Positions 1 to 9,000 of a stretch of 24,000 nucleotides of DNA are shown piece by piece. The position numbers were made by a program, and so were the translations under genes. Numbering within the stretch: the first letter of the stretch is position 1; every line of letters starts with the position of its first letter. Under the pieces are notes generated by a model. The model made no database searches. It was not told where the DNA came from and saw only the letters and a list, made by a program, of their open reading frames with translations. The stretch is taken from contig CADAAU010000018.1 in NCBI GenBank assembly GCA_902786015.1, positions 2,398 through 26,397 of the forward strand. Direction: 5' to 3'. The stretch is from an uncultured Coriobacteriaceae bacterium (GTDB lineage: Bacteria; Actinomycetota; Coriobacteriia; Coriobacteriales; Atopobiaceae).

Positions 1-721
1 AGCCCCGCTCCAGCTCCTCCTCCGTAACGCCACAGATACCGGCGTATGTGGCCGAGAGCGAGATGTCCCTGAGCTGGTTGAGGTCGCTGAATATGGAGAC
101 CTTGGAGAACTTGGTCACGCCGGTGAGGAAGGCGAACCTCAGGTGGTCGTCGGCACCCTTGAGCACGGAGTAGAAGGCCTTGAGCGCCGTGCGGTTTCGC
201 TCCTCGAGCACTGGATCTTCCATGGCCTCTAGCAAGGGCTTGTCGTACTCGTCTACCAGAACGGCCACGCGGTGGCCGGACTGTGCGTGGGCGCGCTCGA
301 GGAGTCGGCGGAGGCGCGAGCCCGCCGGCAGATCGCTCCAGTCGTCGCCCCACGACTCCTCAAGGCCGCGCAGCAGCTCGTCGAGCTTCTTCTCGAGCCC
401 GTCCTCGCGGGTGTAGTCGCCCCCGTTGAAGTCGAAGTGGAACACCGGGCGGGCCACCCACGGCTCGCGGCCATCGCGTACCGCCGCGTCCGTTTCCAGT
501 CGCTCGATGTCGAGCCCCTCGAAGAGCTCGCGCCTCCCCTCAAAGTAGGCGCGCATGGTGGAGACTAGCAGGCTCTTGCCGAAGCGGCGTGGGCGGCTGA
601 GGAAGTAGGGCACGCCAGCCTGGGCAAGATCGTGCACGTAGGCGGTCTTGTCCACGTAGACGAACCCGTCCCGCCTTATCTTCTCGAAGCTCTGGATCCC
701 TATGGGCAGCTTGCGCATCAT
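1..721 (-). CDS. AAA-ATPase-like protein (PF09820-type), N-terminal ~240 codons; the 3' end lies beyond the left window edge
   Basis: Absent from the ORF track because it runs off the window. Hand translation from the ATG at complement 719-721 gives MMRKLPIGIQSFEKIRRDGFVYVDKTAYVHDLAQAGVPYFLSRPRRFGKSLLVSTMRAYFEG...HRVAVLVDEYDKPLLEAMED...FLTGVTKFSKVSIFSDLNQL, open to position 1. The RPRRFGKS P-loop-like and VLVDEYD Walker-B-like motifs are typical of this family. A GGAGGGAGG Shine-Dalgarno (complement 726-734) sits 4 nt before the ATG. Confidence 0.8.
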   Translation of the reverse strand, partial: MMRKLPIGIQSFEKIRRDGFVYVDKTAYVHDLAQAGVPYFLSRPRRFGKSLLVSTMRAYFEGRRELFEGLDIERLETDAAVRDGREPWVARPVFHFDFNGGDYTREDGLEKKLDELLRGLEESWGDDWSDLPAGSRLRRLLERAHAQSGHRVAVLVDEYDKPLLEAMEDPVLEERNRTALKAFYSVLKGADDHLRFAFLTGVTKFSKVSIFSDLNQLRDISLSATYAGICGVTEEELERG

Positions 722-1155
722 GGCGCCTCCCTCCGCCGATGATATCGACCCAATTCTAGCACGTGCGGAGTCCACGCCTGGTAGGGTGGATTGCCACTAT
801 GGGGGCGCAGGAACACAATCGAGGGCGTGGAAGCCGTCGGCGCATACGTGAGCTCTGAGCCTCACGCTGGCGCGTTGCTCACCATCTACACGGTGGGCGT
901 CAGGGAAGATGACATGGCTAACGTGTTCGCCTGCACCGACGAGGTGCTGCCCGGAGTCGACCGTGCTGGAATATTGGAATATCCCTACGGCATTGCTTCT
1001 GGCGAATCAGACCATCACGTAAGCGTGCGGATGAACTTGATGCTTTCCGACGATGCGGCGGTCGTCGAGCATCCGGCAGAGCCGCTCGGAGTCGGTCGCG
1101 AGCAGCTCTGCTTCGCCCTTCCACGGCGTACGCGACCCTCGTCTGCCGCCCTGTC

Positions 1156-2270
1156 TCATAGATACGCCCTTCTGGCGTAGGAGCCGAGAGCGACGGTCGA
1201 GGCATTATGCAGAAGCGAGGACGTTTGCTGGTGGTGGCGCCGCCGATGCCCGGCGTTAGCAGGATGGAGTTCCACACCATGATGCTGCGGAAGCTCGTGT
1301 CGAGCCTGCCCATGAGTCCCATGCTCAACTTGAGGAGGCGTACCAGCTAGACGAGGTCGGATTCGGCGAGCGTCACGTCGGCAACCTCGCGTGCTATGGC
1401 CGTGCCCGCGGCCATGGCCACGCCCACGTTCGCCTCGCGCAGGGCGGGGGAGTTGTTGATGCTGTCTCCCACCATTACCACATGACTGCCCTCCCTTCGG
1501 AGTTTGCGCACGTAGCCGTGCTTGTCCTCGGGCAGCATGTCTGCCTGTCACTCGGTGATGTTCGCCGCCATCGCCACGCGCCCTGCCGACTGCTTGTCGT
1601 CTCCCGTGAGCGCGGCCTGGTTCACCATGGCCGTCCCCTTGGTCACCGTTCCGTCTATGGGCACGGGCTGGCCTGTGCGCACCACGATGAGGTCGCCCTT
1701 GGCGAGCTCGGTGGCGGGTACCGAGGCTTCCTGTCCGTGCTCGATGCGTGCGGCGAGTTCGGGCACCGCGAGCAGCGAGTATATGAGCTCGGTCTCGGAA
1801 TGCGCACGCGTATAGTCTTCCATCGACTCACCCACGTCCAGCAGGAACATGGTCTCGCTTGCCGTGCTTGTGTCGCCCTGGGCAAATGCGGCCGCGATTG
1901 CTGCGGCGTCGAGCGTAGACACGCCGAGCTTGCCGCCTGCAAGTGACTTTAGCGCCGCAAACAAAAACTTCCGGTACTGCCAAACGGCATAGATCAGGTC
2001 TAGGGGAGCGGGAAGCAGGATACGCCTAACCAGGAACCCGCCCACGTGGGTTGCGACGTCTAACGCGAGGTCATGAGTGCGAGTTCCCAGAGCGTACGTG
2101 TAGTCGGATCGCGCTGCCACTGGAAGCCCCGGGACCTCGTCGGTCGGGTCACGAGGTGGCGCGCGTGCCATGCAGCCTGCCCATGAGCGGCTAGTACGGC
2201 CGTGAGTGCGAGCGTGGAAGAGCGGGTGCCGAGAAAGGAGGACATGGGGAGCCTCTACTTCAACGACCAC
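1156..2270 (-). pseudogene. Heavy-metal-type P-type ATPase, decayed (internal deletion, two in-frame stops, one frameshift)
   Basis: ORF pieces 1548..2270, 1347..1538 and 918..1328 share one frame. The N-terminal TM/actuator part (LDAAAIAAAFAQGD...GDLIVVRTGQPVPIDGTVTKGTAMVNQAALTGD) runs into the C-terminal hinge (MLPEDKHGYVRKLRREGSHVVMVGDSINNSPALREANVGVAM) with only ~20 codons between. The DKTGT phosphorylation and nucleotide-binding domains are therefore missing. There is an in-frame TGA at 1548-1550 and an in-frame TAG at 1347-1349. The last TM segment (TSSLLHNASTVALGSYARR, stop 1156-1158) is in another frame, which implies a frameshift near 1225-1245. Confidence 0.7.
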
Positions 2271-2303
2271 TCATTTTCGCGGCGTAGGTAGGTGGGGAAG
2301 TGA
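2111..2303. repeat. Copy A of a 193-bp direct repeat (5' end and upstream of the P-type ATPase pseudogene)
   Basis: Gap-free hand alignment with 12106-12298 at a constant offset of 9995 bp gives 161 of 193 positions identical. It includes a perfectly conserved 35-nt core gagaaaggaggacatggggagcctctacttcaacg (2231-2265). Confidence 0.85.
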
Positions 2304-2597
2304 TGTGGGTTGTGCGAGATTCATGCGGTGGATGCATGTGGCAACAGCAACAGGTGCCACGGGGACGGCTACGGGGCGCTTTGGATGGTATTTCGAGTTG
2401 TGTGGCTGTGACTGCCACCCAGAGCTACGCAAAGGAGGAACACGTTTGGGGTTGGGGCGCGGGTGGCGTGCGCGCTGGTGGCTGGCGACGCGGCCAGCTC
2501 CGGTCCCAGGCGACGCTGCCAACTCGGACTGGGGGACCTTCCAGCGCTGCCGCTCGGCCGGCCCCGAGCCGCACGTAGCCCGGGACCTGCCGCCGAC

Positions 2598-3046
2598 CTA
2601 TGCTTCGCGCGACGGCTGCGCAAAGGCGCAGCTCTCGCCCATATAGGTTGCGGGTGGCTCGCTTTGCCCCTTGGGCACAAGCACCACCTGAATCGCCTCG
2701 GCGCGCGTTCTTCGCCCAGCCCATCCAGCCGATTCTTTGTACATGCACGCGGTACCACACGTCGTACTGATTGGAGAGCTCATCTGTCAGGCGAATCTGA
2801 ACAGCCTCAAGGCGCTTGGACTTGCCGGTGGTGCCGCTCGTCTGGCCGTCCCTCTCCCAGTCGCTCTGCCAGCCCGTAGTCTGAACGTGCGCTCGATACT
2901 CAATCGAGCCCCTATAGGGAAGGTTCGAGATACTGAGCTGAATCGCCTCAAGACGCCTTGACTGGCCGGTGGTACCCGCCACCACGCCGTCACGCACCGT
3001 ATCAAGCCATCCCAAGCGTTGCACGTGCGCGCGGCAGTCGACAGAC
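2598..3046 (-). pseudogene. Out-of-frame C-terminal ChW (clostridial hydrophobic W) wall-binding repeats of the adhesin, three repeats with the third broken
   Basis: In the frame of ORF 2425..3702, the sequence just after the 8-bp duplication reads SVDCRAHVQRLGWLDTVRDGVVAGTTGQSRRLEAIQLSI...YRAHVQTTGWQSDWERDGQTSGTTGKSKRLEAVQIRL...YRVHVQRIGWMGWAKN. This is the ChW signature: HVQxxGW followed by GTTGxSxRLEA. A third frame (ORF 2598..2783) supplies RAEAIQVVLVPKG and stops at 2598-2600. Confidence 0.75.
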
Positions 3047-6000
3047 GGATCGTGGGATCGTGCGCCTGCCACTTGGCGTACAGGGTGAGGTCGCCCGTCA
3101 CCTGCGCGGAGAAGTCGTAGGCCCTCGTGAGCGCCTGGTCGGCGTACCAGCCTTCGAACGCATGGCCGGCGCGAGTGGGATCCGAGGGTCTCGCCGCCGC
3201 AGAGCCGTAGGCCACCCTCTGCGTCGCAACAGCGGTGCCCCCGTTGGACTTGAACGTCACGGTATACACGTTGACCTGCCACTTGGCGTACAGGGTGAGG
3301 TCGCCCGTCACCTTGGCGGAGAAGTCGTAGGCCTTCGTGAGCTTGGCGTCCGCAAACCAGCCCTTGAACGCATGGCCAGTCCGAGAGGGCGCCTTTGGCG
3401 TCTGGGCCTTGCTCCCATGGGTAACCCTCTGCGTCGCAACAGCGGTGCCCCCGTTGGACTTGAACGTCACGGTATACGTGTTGACCTGCCACTTGGCGTA
3501 CAGTGTACGGTCGCTCGTCACCTTCGCGGAGAAGTCGTAGGCCCTGGTGAGCGCCTTGTCGGTGTACCAGCCCTTGAACGTGTAGCCGGCCCGTTTCGGG
3601 TTCGCGGGCATCGCCACCGCAGAGCCGTGAGCCACCCTCTGCGCCGCCACCGCAGAGCCTCCGTTGGACACAAACGTTACGGTATGCGTGTTGGCCTGCC
3701 ACTTGGCGTATAGGGTGAGATTAGCCGTCACCTCCGAAGAGAAGTCATAGGCCTTGGTGAGCTTGGCATCAGTAAACCAGCCGGCAAACGTGTGCCCCAC
3801 GCGCGTTGGGTCAGCGGGCTTTGTGACCTTGGACCCATAGATAAAACCCTGTGCCTCCACGTTGGAACCACCGTTAGACTCGAATTCCACCGTATAGAAA
3901 TTCACGTTCCACTTAGCGTACAGCGTGAGGTCTTGCGTGACCGTGGATCTAAAGCTGTATGCCTTGCTGAGCGCCTGGTCGGCGTACCAGCCCTTGAATG
4001 TGTGACCAGTACGGGTGGGATCCGAGGGTTTTGCAACCGTAGAGCCGTAGGAAACAGACTGCTTGTCCACTGCGCTGCCATCGTTCTTTTCGAACGACAC
4101 GGTAAGCGGCGGGTGGTTGTACTCGTTGGTGATGACAAGCTCCGCCTGCGTTGCCTTGTCCTTGGAGGGACCATACGTCACCGTCGTCTGGAGCGTTGGG
4201 CGATTCTGCTCGGAATTCGTGCGCGTGACGACGACACGCGCCCAGTACGTGCTCGTGTTGTACCCCATTTTTGCAAACGGCGCCAAGGGGCTCACTTCGT
4301 TTATGGTGTAGTAGTAGGTCCCGGGCTGCACGAAAGTTATGGGTTGGAAGGATGCGGTCCCGCCAGCCACGGCCGTCGCCGTACGCACGCCCGGAAGGAT
4401 GTCCCCAATGGCGGCGTCCTGCTTGGCGAGGCGGAAGGTGAAGGACTCGTTACCGTCGTATCCCGCCCCCGCAACCTTCTTCTTCACTTGGAGCACGGCT
4501 GTCTGCTGAAGCTGGGTATTGGTGAAGCTCGCCGTCGCGCCATGGATCCCGATGGTGCCCATCTCGCCCGTCGCCGACGTCGCGAAGCCGATCGCGGGCT
4601 GCTGGCTCACGGTGTAGCCCATGCCCTGCGGCAGGTCCGAAATCATCTTGAACTGTCCGTTCACGAGCCCGAACCGTGCGACACCGTTTTGGAACAAGAG
4701 GTCGCCGAATTTCGCCGAGACTCCCCAGTCTGAGAGCGTGACCACATAGCCGAACTCTACGCCGTCGATGGGCTTGTCCTCGTTGTTGCATACGCTGTTC
4801 GTCACCTTGAGCGTCGCGTCCTTGCGCTTGTTGGAGAAGGGCGCAGTAGCAACAGATCCGCCTGTCGCAGCCACCACGCCCGTGGCCACCAGACCATCAT
4901 CACTCGACGGCGTCGTGTCGAAGCCCGCGTCCGCCTTCTGATCCACGCGGTACGTCACACCCGCGGGCAGCCCCTCCGCCGTTACGGTCTGCTTGTTCCT
5001 AAGCGTCTTTGTTGCCCTGCCGTCCACGAAGTGCAGGCCACCATAGGTGCCACTAATGGGCACGTCCTGCAGCGTAACGGCGTCCTGCAGCGTAACGGCG
5101 TCCTGCAGCGTAACGGTGTAGATGAACTCGCGCGAGGCGTCGGCCGGGAGGTAGGACTCTACCGCATTGCTTATCCTGAGGCCGCCGGTCTTTCTCACGT
5201 TGCGCCAGGCGACCGTGGCTGCGCCCTTAGTGGGAACCGTTCCGGATGGCCAGTCCACGGCACCGGAGCGGAAGTCATCGTCGGCTGTTTGTGAGATGAC
5301 GTAAGAGGCGCCCGCAGGCAGGCCCGTCAGCGCCTTGGCCTGTCCGTCGGTCAGCGAGAAGGTCGTCTGCCCGTGGCCCTTGTCATCGAAGGTGATGCCA
5401 TCGACCGTCTGATCGGCCATGTCCGAGCAGTCCACTTTTACCGTAAACTGGAACGCCTTGCTCGCGCCATGGTCTGCGGGCACGTCCGAGACGACCTGGT
5501 TGCTCACCACAAGGCCGCTGGCGGCGTACGTGTTGCTAAACGACGCGGTCGATTCCGCCGTTCCTATCGAGCCCACCGCGCCCGAGCTGGTGGTGAGGTA
5601 TCCATCAACCGGCGATCCATCAACCGGCGTCTGTTCCACGGTGTACGTGATACCCGCTGGCAGGCCCGAAGCCGTCTTCGACTCGCCGTTGACCAGCGTA
5701 AACGTCGCCGCCCCGGGATGATCAAACTCCATCTCACCACGCGTGCCACGCACGCTCTTGTCCGACAGGCGCACCGTATACTTAAACTCCGTAGCCGATC
5801 CACCCGTCACGGCATTGCTCACCGTGAGCGAACCCGTCTGGCGCGTGTTGACGAAGGCAAGGGCTTGCGCCTCTGCAGGCACGACGGCCTCCTTTATCAG
5901 GCTATCGGTCGTGAAGCCTGCAAGTTGTTCTTGTCGCGCTGTGCACACGATGCCCGTCGGCAGCCCCGTCAACGCCTTTTTCTGCCGGTGCGAGAGCGTA

Positions 6001-9000
6001 AAGGTCGCCACGCCATCAACGAACTCAAGATCGCCGTAGGTACCCGAGATGCTCCGGTCCGAGAGCTCCATCGTGTACGAGAAGGGGCGCTGGTTGTCGG
6101 AGTTGGAGCCTTGGCTCACCTCGTTTGAGACCTCAACGCTGCCCGTCTTGCGCGCATAGGCAATCTGGACAAGACTCAATTCGGTAGCGGAGAGCGAACC
6201 CTCGAAGCCCTCGTCCGGGCCTTCGAACTCAGTCACCTCATCAGCCATAACCACATACCTCGTACCGGCAGGCAGACCCGTGGCGAACCTCGCTCCGCCG
6301 TCACCGATTGTGAACGTCGCCTGGCCGTTCTTGAAGGTCATCTCGCCGTAGGTGCCGTTGAGGCTATCCAAGTTCGTCAGCCTCACCGTAACGGGGAAGC
6401 TCCTTCCACGATCCGACGCTATCGGCGACGTTACGGAAGCCGAGACCAACAGGCCTCCCTCAGCCCGCACGTTGGTAAGAGTCGCGCGCGCCTTCACGGC
6501 TTCGATCGCCCCCGTGGTTCCGGAAGTCGCAAGCGAGAAGCCCGGTAGCTCAGCCTGCGAGACCTCGTAGTCCACACCAGCGGGAAGGCCCTCGGCAACC
6601 TTGGATTCCCCGTCGCACAGCGTGAATGTCGCAACGCCATCACGGAAGAGCATATCGCCATACCAGCCGCTTACGGTTGCATCCGAGAGCCTCGCCACGA
6701 CCGAGAACGCCTTTGTCTTGTCAGCCGCCGTAGAACTCTTGACTGCCAGCGCAACCTCTAGGTCGCCCTCCTGATGCGCACTGGTAAACCTGGCCACCGA
6801 CCAATACTCGCGAATGGTGCCTTCGCGAATGGTGCCGGCGACACCATTCTTGTACGTCTCAAATCCCGCGACGGGCGTCTCCTCCACGGTGTAGCCCACG
6901 CCCCGCGGCAGACCCGTCGCAATGCGCGACTCCCAATGCTTGAGCGAGAACTTCGCGACGCCGTTCGTGAAGGTCATCTCGCCGTAGGTGCCGTTGATCG
7001 ACGGATCGGTAAGGGTCACGGTAAAGTCGAACGGCTGCTTGGCGTCAGACAGCGTGCCACCTTGTACCTCCTTCGTGACTTCGAGCACCCCCCACTTGCG
7101 CGTGTAGGTGGCCGACGCCTCTACCGTAACGGGTTGGTTGTCATACCCAAGACTCGGGACTGTAACCAACTGGGAGTTCTCAGAGGGCTGGCAGTCAAAA
7201 TCGTCGTCCTGACCCCATTGGATCTCGTAGTTGCCAGCGGGCAAATCCGTCGCCAGCGCCGTTTGCCCGTCCGCAAGGGTCAGCCTCGCAACGCCCTGCT
7301 TGAATTCCAAGTCGCCATACGTGCCAACAAATGAGCTCGGTTCGTCGCCTTTGGCATGAACCTCTACGGGGAAGCCCTTGTCCTTGTCGGTCGCGGTGGG
7401 GGATTCTACCTCCACGCTCAACGCCAAGCTGCCCTGTCTGCGCGTATTGGTAAATGTCACGTCGGAGACTTCTGAGGATGTGGTACCTATATAACGGCTC
7501 CCCTTGGTAAGAAAGTCACCCTGCGACAGACTGTCGCCCGATGGGCCTTCCTGTATGACCGTATACCCAACCCCTTCGGGTAAGCCCAGAATCGTTCGTG
7601 GCTGTCGTCCCACCAAAAAGGTTTTGGATTCGCCGTTCTCAAACTTTATTTCCGAGACGGTATCGTTAAAGCTGGTGTCATCGAGCTGGATCCTATACAC
7701 AAAGTTTAGATTCTGATCGGTTGGAACGGGGCTCTTCAAGACGCTGTTTATCCGTATGGTGCCATAACGTTGTTGCCACTGCGCTTTGAGGTTGAGGGTG
7801 TGCGCTCCCCCTCCCGGCACCATGTATTGCTTGAGGTCTGAATGCTTATATGCACCTGGCGTCAGCACACAGGATTCTCCATTGCCCTCGCAGAGCCAAT
7901 TATTGAAGTCGTAATGCGGATGCTCCCACGCCGAGGGTTTGATGACGTACGTCGTGTCAATATGTCCTGCGGCATTATATATCTCCGTCACGGTTGTGCT
8001 GCGGTTTTCTCCACCGTTCTCGCTGTATACGAAGTTGATTTTCTGCGCACCACACGGACAGTTGCCATCCTCATCAAAGACATGCGGTTCCTCGCCATTT
8101 GAGCCATAAGCACAGTAGATGCAGCCATACCAATGAGTCGTCTCGTTATGATATGTTGGTTTATTGCCAAAGCCCGAGGGATGGGTGCATGGCTCGATGC
8201 ACACGTAGTAGGCATGGCAGACATCGTATTGTTGGTCCACATTGGCAGCTAGGGCACCCGAATCGCTTGGAGCGTTCTTGTTGTAGAACACCCTTTCGCC
8301 AGGACGCACGATTATGGAGCCTTTGTCGGTACCGTGCTTTCCGTGACCGATGGCCTGCACGCCACTCATGCCATCGCTGTTGACAAAGGCCGTCACAGTC
8401 GCCGCGTGCTCAATGGTAACATCGGCACCCTTTGCATCGCTACCGCTGCCCCCGCCGATGCCAGCAGCATGCTTGCCGCCATGCACCGTCACGTTTGCGT
8501 CGCCGCCTATGGTGACGGTGCCGCCGTCGCCGTTGATGCTGCCGCCAATGCCGGCTGCCTCGTTGCCACCACGGGCGTCGACTGAGCCGCCCGAGATGTT
8601 GACCGTCCCGCCGTTGCCGGTGTTTCCACCGCCGATGCCAGCGCAACGGTCGGCGCCCACAGCCGTAACCGAGCCGCCCGAAATGTTGACCGTCCCGCCG
8701 TTTCCACAATCGCCGCCGCCGATGCCCGCACCCGAATAGATGCTGTCAGCGATCGTCGTCCCGCCAAAGGCACTAACGGTGCCGCCCGAGACCTCGACCG
8801 TGCCGCCGTGGCCATTCTCGCCGCCGCCGATGCCGGCCGCACCATCGCCTCCGTTTGCCGTCACATTGCCGCCGAGAATTTTTGTGACGCCGTTACTCAC
8901 GTCGTCACCGCCTCCGATGCCGGCGCCCAAGACATTGCCCGTTGCGGTAACGGTGCCGCCACTTATGGTTACGGTGCCAACACCGCCGGCGCACTCGTTG

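Larger units (their letters stand above)
4510..7770 (-). repeat. Ten ~105-aa Cna-B/SpaA-like (prealbumin-fold) stalk modules, repeated at protein level
   Basis: The recurring pattern is GSLxVSNxV...FxYTVxLSDxSISGTYGxMxFxNGVATFTLxxGExxxxxGLPAGxxYxVxE...FxNTR. I counted ten instances by eye, from GTIRINSVLKS (about 7770) to ASFTNTQLQ (about 4510). Confidence 0.75.

Noticed and set aside
722-1155. ORFs between the AAA-ATPase start and the ATPase pseudogene (791..1180 plus strand, and minus-strand fragments such as PWKGEAELLATDSERLCRMLDDRRIVGKH)
   Set aside because: The fragments are interrupted by stops in every frame, and I could not identify any family. This is probably further decayed sequence, left uncalled.
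2231-2303. A conserved small plus-strand ORF with a strong AAAGGAGGA motif in both 193-bp repeat copies (MGSLYFNDHSFSRRR at 2244; MGSLYFNGRPFERRRRVGK at 12239). It includes apparently synonymous F and R codon changes.
   Set aside because: The GGAGG is only 2 nt from the ATG, which is too close for a functional SD. The conserved core is explained by the opposite-strand ATPase N-terminal coding frame and its own SD/ATG (the CATG is shared by both strands). Two copies are too few to infer selection.
2425-3702. A 425-aa minus-strand ORF overlapping the adhesin 3' end
   Set aside because: Its upstream two-thirds is an alternative frame of the 210-bp repeats, giving repetitive RLLR/GDGRPHPVRQVAG text. 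Only its last part (below 3046) is meaningful, as the displaced ChW repeats, and that part is reported separately.
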